Positions 24,001 through 26,544 of a stretch of 64,000 bases of DNA are shown piece by piece. The position numbers were made by a program, and so were the translations under genes. The stretch is from NCBI GenBank assembly GCA_030765685.1, contig JAVCCB010000015.1, positions 8,113 through 72,112 of the forward strand, read 5' to 3'. Each line of letters opens with the position of its first letter. Positions within the stretch are counted from its first letter, which is position 1. Below the pieces are notes generated by a model. That model was not told the origin of the DNA and did not search any database. It saw only the letters and a list, made by a program, of their open reading frames with translations. This DNA comes from Candidatus Tantalella remota (lineage in GTDB: Bacteria > Omnitrophota > Gorgyraeia > Tantalellales > Tantalellaceae).

Positions 24001-24619
24001 TATAGACGCGAGACGTTCTACGGGACTCAATGCTTCAGAGATGTTACCCGCGCTTGATCATTATGCCGCGAAAGACGCTAAGCTGAATATATGTGTAATT
24101 ACAGATTCCGGTACCGAGATCGCCGATAGGATACCCGCGGGAAGGACGAATATGTTCGAGGTGTCGGCAGCTGAGCTAAACGGTTACGCGGCTGATATGG
24201 CTGAAGGCACGCGAGGGTATATAAAAGCAGTTACCGGAGTGGATGTTCCGCTTGCCTCGATCGGGGTCGCTACAGGTATGGCACATGAAAATGATGTAGT
24301 AAGTCACTTGAATATAAACAAAGGTGAAAGTGCCAACTTTGTCCTTATCGACAGGGATGTTATGGTTCCTGGTCCGGAAGGGGAGCAGATCAATCGGCTT
24401 ATGCCGAGTATGGTAGCCATGGGACTTTTAAAACGCGTATCGGATCCGAGGAAAGCCCCCAGTATAGTTACCGTAGGATTAAGCGGGAACGACATAGACA
24501 GCTTGAAGAGCAGGATAATAGACCTCTTTGTTACTATGGTCAGGATATCCCGCCTCAACATAGGCGAGGAGATCCGCCAACAGATAAACGCCATTACCAA
24601 AACCGCCGTTGCCCTCTAA
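2..24619 (+). CDS. Giant multidomain membrane protein, 5'-partial (>=8190 aa in window). Contains a PPP-type metallophosphatase, a SecA-like ATPase motor, TPR-like helical repeats, two TM clusters and a C-terminal GT2 synthase-like module.
   Basis: One uninterrupted + frame from nt 2 to TAA at 24617-24619. The first in-window start is TTG at 47, but the frame stays open to the window edge. ORF1 lacks the TM-anchor leader seen at the N-termini of ORF2 and ORF3, so the real start is probably upstream. Glu/Asp/Lys-rich coding composition throughout; alternate frames close quickly. Confidence 0.9.
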   Translation, partial: KHKGTLIEKEAVFHELWENNLKEKHGTLKAHQLASAMQSLNTEFREEGQTLTRYHLAQVTSDLTAAELQSLLAEDRGAIRELIGAELGPVARSAIERYEGLVQDQARIQLAQAKAEAEARSHKIAREKAREAKKGLTESEIGEAADRIVDRLIAEGRTSTEDIDEYIRAQEKSYARTSKASQPWHYIDDIAREEGMLPAVRIKLLVEIFVGVKQRLAAHNQKAKAAAVEKARIAKAEAAKAEKAAPAAERVVSLAEKMEQKMKDIKKRQDDIRKKKEKRAQAEKKARRVAAVGDIHGNLSKLREILRELTGKGKKRADKIVFCGDYMDRGASGIAVVEELMKLQADGNEAEFVMGNHDMMFLMAMLAGDSTAFYNWLRNGGVEVMKELGISQEEAMDNISNPRKLLDLDKSGRLKKIMGWMVENLQLYHVDENGMLYLHAGLPVNSNGQLTLEYGGKRGLEALDKMQEDLRKDMKNLAEGREAESDIFRNLGGKDSPLWVRGWEENLKNREQVKGLCDQLGVNGIVFGHTRQDELLNIDGMIFGIDQKIFGDEGGILFVEEEVFKWKSMAVAGMKTVVIGGIKGGQYAELDAESDNLTNEIGLMEKELSIEEEALAEMLAEKERLEKEAVEVEKKAAREEVTEEQVKLDTALNAFTDQEMTDFIEFTDGWTSADRLWLIEELSIRASPAEGLGVRFKQLSPVGVHTMVALVEYLDADKKVVGSRIVKRAESGVSDDKAKEDQLANQYEMGKRVSWSARTYEVVRRSGMPLLVMAEQVQPASDYARNDSQVAEVREALVRVLDTMYDDEEGHFTITDTQDESRLMDNIGVVTGSSGTVVVKMIDMGNVTETSESRDAAKERILARLDAELVETQAEKEAAEQIVLAKSGITEMMKALTDPSISAERAAELRAELNDRLKAMETAIALARSNLGEMPDGKVKAQFLKDIAALETDLAYIQDYQPEIHLQKAAQRRIEENLKGKKTENLIAIAKGQNLDARELARTALVLLLIDGGVDLPEEADVLLKDKPGQVLFIEAYMNADQGQRRIIDGILESALLEKKGTEVFKGAVDVTRSVVQRLNESILDKEKDLRKRLDEMRGKGDAEAQPIALSGQARDSVEIEAELEKQRAILQGLKKRLIHLADNKSLWDEDITSYEFSDLKDLISKTGRQLDSAMGKCMDDVRSRVVDLRTSIPWREIETTPVGQKSQVIEHEGRFILISTAELNGYKESLINAEKEMQLEMICTRLDVAEKMRELRSFRNILNMGKKKKTGHAIKVILERWAEVLRQAGVPEASIKEVEKHISRFSLRKAESIIEELQELTTEFQSTAGITGMELIKNHVGALVFELKKSVTPGTIGSDVGEVTDENLMKTNREVTKEFISALGILKEDERLAGIIDQKKLDECNRLSGEILKEIEYQIKTKKDRSGQITSKTGKLLGLMKNMCYGRSVEMIVDILKSEMKDAEITQAKLSEVFGGLGITGRKKEQSINSVLVESLTNEDRFANLAKEISNYIATGLVGTDQFEKFFGESDQVKGALGDISVAVRVGEIIREKVRGADGRGRESSSDNLEKRLNKKFDDLDARRKLAAWYQLAAITTEGKSPFVQQVEAGFFMADSFFVDIATGAGKTLAFPLPNIMNTARGLNSVHLVTDDYFTERDFRETRYLYEMMGYSVDYMGGNEKSVKKASERIEKNDVVIMSYSALSFTCLEAVGRKALPENQEWFKLLKQTRLTFDECDVAPYLSDFIIAAQQNRVSVREYVRYLALIKTVNKLQKEGQLKKIISQLERNLIAVKAVAEDEAAQTEQAEQIEKLAKMLGLKKGAVAVAEGRLSIESKEGKRELRPEDLSKPVSLEIEGQTFVLAHSKESGFVVKRTELIGEEVKDARGAMIDTTSKTATVDDGTWEVVSDMLKKVSSELSEMFSGIEKESFAKDEFLDCVKALYIDKLGVNYVLEYMDERASKPIILNERDGEIVIEDTDGKEYPAEFQTSLQEDGSFRVTYRGEEKALLNEDFFKDEEGEVRGDQDQKVIINIGEKRYRVRRAEKGGYRLQEVSMEVVLVDEQTSRRQGGQRKDRFHTFYEMKHQLGEGDMPEVRPGNKSTEFLSFTDIVDFVDSVGGASGSVATAAYVMNGLFGEKSNGVVRMNPAFSKKGPDRMPIFITSDRVQWDMALNKIKDIYTASPGAAMILYYDDIYQAEAFQVELEKMIESEKLADTAGGEITIQLFKEEGAKENEFVEKAGKRNTITLSDAKLGRATNVILSEIVGFIAKHGAAALTRLLRRKKLGSEEYDALFLREWAEDAKTDIDEVKKELAKEGYSAEEVDVNLEKLKKGESVNAVFLHVLKKTIDKMNGINEEVKGLTDLLTDENGIFFMSDYGKRAAKWKEIEAYMSKLGAGKESEVWRIVKQKYCDGLFLIDLSPDLSDQGKEQKFGRAKRQGDTGSVQPFYSLQKGRKLYGMVEKMYSSQYNKDLTPEQREAGNEKFEEFEENIEVIEKLQERIIQKGRFGKDISDKDMEDLVRLQRYFNDVLREVRTGLQKRRDDGRIKRAKRDRATQRLLNEVRDLPLVFNEKVRNNQETARRWLVERVDSILDLYMNDMSQAIDDSGVVDLEELLGVIEEHFHVDLGMENLKSFQVALEGKNARELSTVRQDLKSGLLEALYSMGSVTLKEGSGELLSGNISARLELDDEGKLNVEGMEHIHPDGKRVEIGKDLYRVIYEDDGSMVVDGLGRRLKFTHVYGTQVVELEGGFQAAVTELYSEGLDRLKTEVIQESREKGPEGVQADRGDIGLTKAAIKESQKRFKDKRDKAVDYATEEGREQLKKASGKIDKKLDGMTDALSDQRTEAHDQREALKEEGKLKAVVIEKKVTVRRGLMKLGEDEAGDVKVGIRAPKEVRSGGEDISGEAQAQVMVAESEAPSGVRYSVSIDFAETVEDAKLESRDAEKARKIEKAVEDQKKDVEAEDESGKETARSHEEGMHVTPSGADVFVTVEKEKGAPLSDAESIQGIAGGAGALPPRKLGAPFGMVIMTTGDTLEGLNSAERQEIATALREKFSGSVPKGQNLYISFDGLGEGSLDEATGRISPGFTGVKIFDGTSFQTLSRVREEAQKDEAPSQERMEEILGLAGEKGKRVFRKKVGETNFLVTVADDGVTYVRELGPDVYEQTRREILRANSVLSAADADSVNAGLRPEEYMLNARGVFIQTGGEAKIPPVVDLVDVIAKNNPEKEKMERLPLTKETGLPLRGWKGENFTGKMQFVGRKLAVPVEWVKWKAIGFGRWCIKKKDRVKYRFGLARKGKNPVSSVGWGVLRIMTLPVSIGEFLVRDALRKFSLWGQKRKIAYRRTLERSKDRYRRGPRYNALMYHLSKVSPEKKVVKALAKTAIALIDLFTAKRDITVIGTSLMMSLFYVAAFVGGLVYVLLWQLPKMILKLFLYHSWHYPYAKVSGWMEKRVAQKEKLPERDDVIKMRAPAAVREGRLTDEEAVTEAETLTGRKLKTADRTVVEGDVGGYDVSTTPFFVHGKTHSGRVLQIAKLLKYLSQADLYDTHPLFKGTYSRIADVLFEMSEDAEKTGRKEEAEKLRLNALNYAKIAVAVNRDDMDSEALQGILAYSLGDKDTAKKIFARVIKKGAPRNDYMSMVCALQGKMLEEAGDHRAAAAAYNKARLSEVFVLGEKISMAESKARCMEKVKAKPEKDEETLEGMPSKGKVPAGKKFSMKELFNKKTQTVIMVVTLIVVTLALLKVAPLILLAGVIKGLPLIGGIGAGIESIAAGISLGQLFTSIAGMKALMGISGGLYTVGMLTSLVTRFALKPMAVGAWRKARDLVTDPFRIRRALRNEINAVKRTPDKADPRIELIKAYELLGEKRKARKLLNKTAGMVRTGRLAPGEEVKFVEFLMDKGEKKTAEELFLITYARAAPEDRERFMDAVPVLLRGRLALQKEPVDVVRMRGEPEDFIEIALYCANQVLALDEDNTEALLVKLEALAGKYAKEKNMEVLGEYTDVLEKLAGPDAVLDTGQVKRLESVKVEFNVGDGVSRVQADEVKKISDAKDVKEVVAEEEPLEPKIYSGSEADSKRRNDLENKQKGYARGIFAVFNSLFRKNLNAEERLELAEIYAKDGQYARAIRQLNKAKTLSPEDMSKAAKLRVFCTLKMIEKPRWNPTRVFTRYWTLNRSLKRLTALGGDNVLWAQWVASTQPVSFFGMLRGVDPVAAENAFADIGNAYRAAPEDMTGESEKSILESGLRVLVSSRRKNEATAAAVQKILDSGDIPEDSELFKKASENLENKEGDIARKAPGRFSTVPLRFRLWDDNSKHINGIDDKLADERRNKKGEKEHNPKYERNLKKREKLENKRHAIEKDNAEHERSILRRYTLYMKGKTALPGVLSRVVESGRFKDFMSTLAGRDDLTPEKFRMELDNMSRLNDADSAKDFLEVVFTEMWLSNGFGRDYNADNPPVGVVTLGGGIMKYCERLIEMYNKPGNSYFRGTLIEAMRKISKYREFGVLEGGQYDRIPVMGEVIRLLSANAAKDEAMEDLIRELTTDAMKERGKLLGDAKKEKNAVKKRKLEVRASDYLEDPGTVFGGLLRFYRAGALVTGLDGEQRNARMEPVFTLVSAWYGSAAASALRAMIKRAVAEEEDQAVLIRKLENILSDIDFTGNGKSLVKRLLGKQYLSPEDKITLLSNCGDILKTGEKLRRVMEMAIPGVSSGKEYLYVLKKLKEFLKRSNDSDITSSRIRELSDEVLLPLPPDTPEVLSVKIDIIALVLDKRKDITASDRSGLDKTFGELRSSLAKKLDERRANEEDGEVRATLMEMRGLLKASEIYEKNGEFDKAEEVLKRAIGLSNALFEKNMELKKKSKPILTITDDFKSTASELAERMTGLLRKRGKNYEAEMMRGSGYKLLAGYEIAVEGVPAGEYLKKAREALNNADKLKPGQKEVSLGRMEVDSLSLQITMDRSQEFSARHKEESEKLEKLEKEIKDLRETISKAEVKRAADIEQAQLNLDAAVAAGKEDVRLLREKPLAAEKQEMTDLLVEEAKKTARATEIRREVQDLSDKKQKMEAELDKVAGANKAAMNESIRAAFRTIANGGYDPNDDAVTKAMGFLSRLPARFNNRILRQVDMMSVRADILKGKESINRKGFIEKLLMDIYFRGEWKMFSSGLDSLRANAGEDTIKLNVLGRERVFDSAVLIDYIVENTPESERPTLTGKLSEIMTAARLARNPVLQAEAFAGIYGTLELEGDIKLTADGNFAEGGSIKSDEIKKDVLIPRVKKIFEEKQMPGSVTGGTDMPALLISFMENIRKKGTKWDDLKSSGKRVERVELVMDLNIEMESPDTETEGMKGNARARFYGGIRERVGSATERIAVIGKLGNAEIEKEDPDPEQIEKLAEELFDIDEGSDTAGYFRGVARYISGVSETDEAEGLKRFAVIEPLKKYLKSNQEDETARVFLAEVYVDLHSELFGGNPRGIATHLEVSEYFSSLSDFYLEKSRKSRAEGDMDEAESSLEKGAAYIVRAIMSNPRNGALVVKRMYISKEMGRDDLVVSDAEWVLARVEVSKEKRMFNLTVTKEDKKNTKLLLADMEAKRGDLEAARRRLGKGIWFTVGSRMITSGSAATGLVMAAVSALSGYLVPLALRTILSYASKFAFEGALSAAASFTAGNLYVMGIVGLLTLGILAYRFTRDRVSVEVAARMYLVYTGLGNQQMAGRYEKYLYRIMGTAKDSLEPEILEKVADALEAGGTYESLSGAITLRETRKASSFVDNDAEDRKIADLRVRLSSMKKPWSVFKPRTWKIRRSVRETEKKERRENLSSAKKTSPDLTTIANDALIRMNMEDLRALEAKQSRFKRLGGVWLIGRFLKDVAPGVAALYVSNSELLFEMFESETDPAKRDEAVLELEKARDVFKGELSSEHRDLLSRINVSIGDDMAREGRYDEALEVYEIAVGTDTGNPDNAKAYLGKADVLEKMGADPLYVASEMEKALQKDAALDGDGMVYSRRLFDIYVSQGDVEGAGRATRGMEEVLLDRELETLRQLIENIGSEAEQLQRIVNRGVRISELEKKIAAAETRYKEATEGLSPDVVSGQVVFSSEITDISIDKQELKRRKDLLARQKEEYLALIKQREIFNQVIGNARGKPADQGIRDLEVLDELLDKDLRSDRNIIVPIHLALAELYRDTGEHEKALDHAKRVYISYLEISPAGLPSSGLSQEESILLTKGQLLYADLLLGTGKKEDLDEAFLLLRRASEESASLNEKFRDTRVSDEAINVFKKALRAMSESDITDTERSGLRTGVFYVFAKLPSPAKDTEAAGMVINLAMENIDKEARDFITAVLLEKNESDAVKTSFLQVMAEKTSANGDVRESLESFRGVLDSAEFQNATTGKLRASAGLLSGMLEGKGRKARARIREAVKTDESLETLSYIAHLLAGTYAWWNPAGWISRWRTSRDPAVRAQNRVVRAGKALATGWHHTAVRHYETATKMDDSLKGDETLRNALAGAYRNDKGSLWKRLVRAMGRRLDRQEKAVSWRIDRLKKALDTAVDETVKADIKMELVGAMEGMADVIQARLENPGLLGRMIYSRREKKRNEYRAESSKIMTEVGDLYLEIMRFQQKNGEIDEARDSYEEAKKAFRKAVKFDGRNRQAEERIKSLGEEMSVEKSAEELVKEASVELESGNVEQALSLIDSAVKKDENAEVQDVSGRIEKLNAALDALMDYFVRMSFQADYTKANEPEQKVSVRTSAMNGLSGTATKVHGEREEIVGKWLEFQTDISEDARRSALAALSVMTLNNAGNEVLQVADDVREAFLARSMALSRKFLDEGKAAQAKYLLGILETAGDADADRAAQRDFLMLRADFYLFAGDGDVSVKDISAAVGKTKINDVLNDNRRGEKERAMLAIAVASSFADKAGSLKGLRGREDEQKTAIDKAMIKLSRAIDLDPSNSKALDILAGLYDEKMLSDKKFFDKNSRQIEKSVGGIPEKRASLNVLKTISGLSLSGEISGQKADIASGALLKLQDVINVDELSGENAADFMRSLLPGLHAAAVASDDADSAVKMAGIAETVNSIREEYAKDEIYRYNADIDIVCRLVSAYLYTIAGQVGKASDILSDIHPIRAPDRAEWWFVQLRIALDGEDIDRAEFALKEIARFNPSLTPIARKILAEKYQAGAASMTSSAKLMYLKKAVMHWPDFEQAHLDLAAEYDSMKKGDDAQEHRSDARRAEQYAKRNGRSRMPSAFSMTKKSEFIEHVFRAPVVEQSKHFWIPMLGLMGVVFLNWAMNFLPMGSLLSDTVIKLGFVLAQIFFSRAFVNSHIDKRLTPGIVSLANISMNAGLLAMEMSPIYHMMAYYVLSMVVHALMNVTVFSVDRMMGRRALGYATIETEGKPAEVSEDAVAPVKKVRQAEPGEKDFIILASAYNEGAVIQGALEKARQGGYIDSLVIVNDGSTDDTGSILDEYAQYGLVVIHKENTGKPDSMKQVLRQLQQSGELPEFVVTTDADSFFAVKTDTGVSVMNSLSEAVEYSRGKGLSAVALDIMPTMEKGSFVEHMQTLKWRMTNNYLRYVGGSVAGAGGLYNSQRLLSAMEQHSGRFSAEDTELVSIIRKEGGSTGKYRKGVEVRTDIPRTMKMFFNQYRRYGRGFIEQFKLKDWRTSSAVLFGLVLGIFAVYYYHISLGPGALGLIVSAGLVPKFAAIIYMASMIPMIPVIVNIWRDRNMSISRKVAQTLYAPVYPVFETLMLIVGTLAAIADMAKEKLTKKAKAPAAKPAPTVPAVVIVGVVDGDEEDITRLNEQNPGIEFFAVDRAGTETMTAVMESMAGPRTRFLVDMSPDVLSGNIGRIVKDARIQAFANEYPYLAGLDSASVAALQDAGARVALNVITGGLPDEAPVNDMLGELLAAYKPGAEAPAGTELTSEAQETLVRQDVEAESAVRKAASKGEPTEAAMVTAKGLLANMRDFIASVKPGDEPDVLDRHEDIAMAQTTEDDLLGLLGAVGTADPALGPQTVVIDARRSTGLNASEMLPALDHYAAKDAKLNICVITDSGTEIADRIPAGRTNMFEVSAAELNGYAADMAEGTRGYIKAVTGVDVPLASIGVATGMAHENDVVSHLNINKGESANFVLIDRDVMVPGPEGEQINRLMPSMVAMGLLKRVSDPRKAPSIVTVGLSGNDIDSLKSRIIDLFVTMVRISRLNIGEEIRQQINAITKTAVAL
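860..1650 (+). other. Calcineurin-like / PPP-family metallophosphoesterase domain (ApaH/PrpE-like) inside ORF1
   Basis: Ordered signature motifs: GDIHG (878-892), GDYMDRG (971-991), GNHD (1064-1075), then LHAG, WVRG and FGHTR downstream. This matches the PPP motif series GDxHG / GDxxDRG / GNHE / HGG / RG / GH. Confidence 0.75.
2050..2600 (+). other. Possible atypical protein-kinase-like segment in ORF1 (weak)
   Basis: Hinge-like LLVMAEQV, catalytic-loop-like DTQDESRLMDNIGVV (D...N) and DFG-like KMIDMGN about 25 aa later (2431-2545). No clear glycine loop or VAIK lysine was found, so this is tentative. Confidence 0.2.
4750..6800 (+). other. SecA-like ATPase motor module embedded in ORF1 (NBD1 DEAD motor, preprotein-crosslinking-like segment, NBD2)
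   Basis: Walker A ATGAGKTLAFPLP (4868-4906). Motif-Ia-like GLNSVHLVTDDYFTERDF...LYEMMGYSVDYMGG (4941-5040) parallels SecA GKGVHVVTVNDYLAxRDAE...LYEFLGLTVG. DEVD-like box FDECD (5201-5215). A GMTGTA-like GGASGSVATAA follows, and a motif-VI-like AKLGRATNVIL (6749-6781) parallels SecA NMAGRGTDIVL. Order and spacing fit SecA NBD1-PPXD-NBD2. Confidence 0.6.
10200..11440 (+). other. Transmembrane helix clusters in ORF1 (about 10200-10310 and 11180-11440)
   Basis: Long hydrophobic stretches: SLFYVAAFVGGLVYVLLWQL, and TVIMVVTLIVVTLALLKVAPLILLAGVIKGLPLIGGIGAGIESIAAGISLGQLF...GGLYTVGMLTSLVTRFAL. The second is GxxxG-rich. Confidence 0.6.
16805..17050 (+). other. Second TM cluster in ORF1
   Basis: Hydrophobic stretch GLVMAAVSALSGYLVPLALRTILSYA...AAASFTAGNLYVMGIVGLLTLGILAYRF. 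Confidence 0.55.
21770..23240 (+). other. Membrane-embedded family-2 glycosyltransferase (GT-A, processive-synthase-like) module at the C-terminal end of ORF1
   Basis: ILASAYNEG (about 22215), VIVNDGSTDDT (22308-22340), TTDADSFF (22471-22494), an AED (TED-like) motif, and QYRRYGRG (22879-22902) as a QxxRW-like motif. Flanked by multi-helix hydrophobic blocks (21775-22080 and 22925-23240), as in BcsA/HAS/NodC-type synthases. Confidence 0.7.
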
Positions 24620-24722
24620 GCTCCATATTCGCTCGAGTGCTCCCGCATTTGGGCGGATATGGGGCGGGCACGGGGTCCTTTTGGGTATTTAGTATTCAGT
24701 ATATAGCATATGGTATATAGTA

Positions 24723-24764
24723 TTGAGTCTTGAGTCTTGAGTATTGAGTATTGAGTATTGAGTT
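24723..24764. repeat. Heptamer microsatellite (TTGAGTN)x6, preceded by an AGTAT-rich low-complexity tract (24686-24722)
   Basis: Read directly: tattgagtc ttgagtc ttgagta ttgagta ttgagta ttgagtt. Related TTGAG/CTCAA short repeats recur at 25975-26000, 26038-26058, 26355-26377 and 58078-58098. Confidence 0.8.
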
Positions 24765-24865
24765 TTAGTGTGAAGCGGCTAGTTTTGTTCGCTCTTTGGT
24801 CTATCTGAAAATAATTTAAAAAAAAGCATCTAGAGTAGTTCCCTCCATGGGGTCAGACCTTGACA

Positions 24866-24894
24866 TTGACATAAGCTGACTGGGTTGCTATAAT
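24866..24894 (+). promoter_or_regulatory. Sigma70-type promoter with perfect consensus hexamers upstream of the RayT gene
   Basis: TTGACA (24866-24871), a 17-nt spacer, TATAAT (24889-24894). A second overlapping TTGACA sits at 24860-24865. AAAGGAGG RBS at 24907-24915, 7 nt before ATG 24923. Confidence 0.7.
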
Positions 24895-24922
24895 CTTATC
24901 ATAGCGAAAAGGAGGTTATGGT

Positions 24923-25876
24923 ATGGCGAGACCGTTGAGGATAGAATATGAAGGAGCAGTATATCATGTAACCTCAAGAGGTAACGAAAAGAAGGATATC
25001 TATAAATCGGATCGGGATAGAGAGAGGTTTTTGGGATATCTTGAGATAGCGCATGAAAGGTTTAATATAATAATTCACGCGTTTTGTTTGTTGTCCAACC
25101 ACTATCATTTAATTGTAGAAACCCCGTGTGCTAATCTATGCAGGTTCATGCAGTTTTTAAATTCTAGCTATACAATGTATTTTAATACAAAAAGAAAGAG
25201 AAGCGGGCATCTGTTCCAAGGGAGATATAAGGCCATTCTGGTGGACAAAGACAGCTATATGCAGGAATTGAGTCGTTATACGCATTTGAATCCGATAAGA
25301 GCAAAGATAGAGAAACGTCCTGAAGATTATAGATGGAGCAGTTATAACTATTATATTAAGGATGGAAGCAAACCGGAGTATCTGGATACAGATTTCACGT
25401 TACAGTATTTCAATAATAATAGGAAAAGATACAGGGAGTTTGTCGAGGCGGGGATGACGGGGAAAACGAAGAATGTGTTTGATGAGATTAAGGCAGGATT
25501 TATTTTGGGGGATGATGATTTTGTTGAAAAAATAAAAGAGAAATATTTACAGGAAGAACAAAGACCTGAAGATCTTCCAGAACTACGAAGACTAAAAAAG
25601 AAGTATATTACCAAAGATGCAATATTGAAGGTTTTGGAGAAGGAAGCAAAAAGGGAGAAGTTAACAGCGTACTATTTGCGAAAACACACAGATGAAACAT
25701 TGCAGGGGATAGTCAAGCTGGCATACAGGGAAAAGCGCAGCAGTTCGTGTATAAGTAAAACAGTTTCAAGAATAGAAGAAAAACGACGTAAAGATAAGAG
25801 TTTTAATAAGAGGTTGGAACTTCTCGAGGAGCAAATGTCAATGTCAAGGTCTGACCCCAAAGCGGGAGGTACCTGA
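24923..25876 (+). CDS. IS200/IS605-family Y1 (HUH) transposase, RayT / REP-associated tyrosine transposase type, with a long Lys/Glu-rich C-terminal extension
   Basis: 317-aa ORF with a strong RBS. Motifs AVYHVTSRGN, HUH motif HYHLIVETP, and RYTHLNPIRAKIEKRPEDYRWSSYNYY, which carries candidate catalytic tyrosines. REP-like palindromes lie downstream in the same intergenic region. Confidence 0.85.
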   Translation: MARPLRIEYEGAVYHVTSRGNEKKDIYKSDRDRERFLGYLEIAHERFNIIIHAFCLLSNHYHLIVETPCANLCRFMQFLNSSYTMYFNTKRKRSGHLFQGRYKAILVDKDSYMQELSRYTHLNPIRAKIEKRPEDYRWSSYNYYIKDGSKPEYLDTDFTLQYFNNNRKRYREFVEAGMTGKTKNVFDEIKAGFILGDDDFVEKIKEKYLQEEQRPEDLPELRRLKKKYITKDAILKVLEKEAKREKLTAYYLRKHTDETLQGIVKLAYREKRSSSCISKTVSRIEEKRRKDKSFNKRLELLEEQMSMSRSDPKAGGT

Positions 25877-26124
25877 TGGCTGATTTCTCGATTTCCGGCT
25901 AGGATGGCAACGTATATCGTAGCGCGCGCAGCACCTACATAACATGCTATGAATAAAGAGCTTACCAAAGAGGCTAAGATTGAGATTAAGATTGAGAAGA
26001 ATGACCAAAATCCCGGAAAACACCCATAACTAAACGCTAACCTCAATCTTAACCTTCCATAGCGTCCAGAGCGCGTTGCACTCATGTAACATGCTTCTAA
26101 TAAATAACTTACCGCGGACGCAAA

Positions 26125-26194
26125 GTTAACCTGGTCATATGTAACCTGGTTATATATTCCAACTTTTGTAACCTGGTTATATATTCCAACTTTT
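26125..26194. repeat. Tandem direct repeat: two copies of a 27-mer (26141-26167, 26168-26194) plus a partial copy (26125-26140), core TAACCTGGTTATAT
   Basis: gtaacctggttatatattccaactttt occurs twice in tandem. The same core recurs at 58312-58338 and inverted at 58389-58399. Confidence 0.85.
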
Positions 26195-26220
26195 TCGCCT
26201 AACAAATGGAAAGTAAAATC

Positions 26221-26250
26221 GTCATCCCCGCAAGTTCTTAGCGGGGATCA
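26221..26250. repeat. REP-like palindrome (GTCATCCCCGC-loop-GCGGGGATCA)
   Basis: 8-bp perfect stem atccccgc / gcggggat with a 9-nt loop. Same family as the hairpin at 58437-58460. Confidence 0.7.
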
Positions 26251-26272
26251 AATAAAAGTATTATTCCTACTA

Positions 26273-26377
26273 GATTCCCGCTTCGCCGAAGCCCTCTGGC
26301 TTTCGGCACTTCCTCGGGGGCCTTTGCCCCTCGGTCGCGCGGGAATGACATCCTTTCTTAACCTCAACCTCAACCTC
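26273..26377. repeat. REP-like element in opposite orientation with a GC-rich inserted loop (arms gattcccgc ... gcgggaatgac), followed by the linker atcctttcttaacctcaacctcaacctc
   Basis: Arms at 26273-26281 and 26339-26349, 8 bp complementary. The composite (arm plus linker) recurs reverse-complemented at 58079-58123, on the other side of ORF2. Confidence 0.6.
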
Positions 26378-26463
26378 CCAGAGCTTTTACGGAGACCATA
26401 TATAGGTAGGAAGGGGAATTAATGGCAGTTCTGGTTAAGTTTTAAAAAGTTATTAAAAAGTCC

Positions 26464-26491
26464 TTGCCTATAATGATACGTGTGATATACT
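26464..26491 (+). promoter_or_regulatory. Candidate promoter for ORF2 (TTGCCT-16 nt-TATACT; an alternative TATAAT at 26469-26474 lies in an AT-rich tract)
   Basis: Hexamers about 55-80 nt upstream of ATG 26545. RBS GGAAGGTGA at 26531-26539. Confidence 0.35.
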
Positions 26492-26544
26492 TTATGTAGG
26501 GTTAAGTGTTACGAAAGTTTGGCGTAATTGCAGGAAGGTGAAAG

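Noticed and set aside
24620-24700. Possible terminator for ORF1 (cccgc...gcggg G-rich segment followed by ttttggg)
   Set aside because: Only a 5-bp stem with a 14-nt loop is visible, so no convincing hairpin or U-tract. Not called.
25672-26205. Minus-strand 177-aa ORF overlapping the RayT 3' end and the tandem 27-mer repeats
   Set aside because: Its N-terminus is simply the translation of the tandem repeat (VGIYNQVT x2). No RBS. Overlaps the well-supported transposase gene.
24716-26380. CRISPR array (because of short direct repeats)
   Set aside because: The repeats are 7-27 nt, immediately tandem or palindromic, with no regular repeat-spacer periodicity and no cas genes. They are microsatellite and REP-type repeats.
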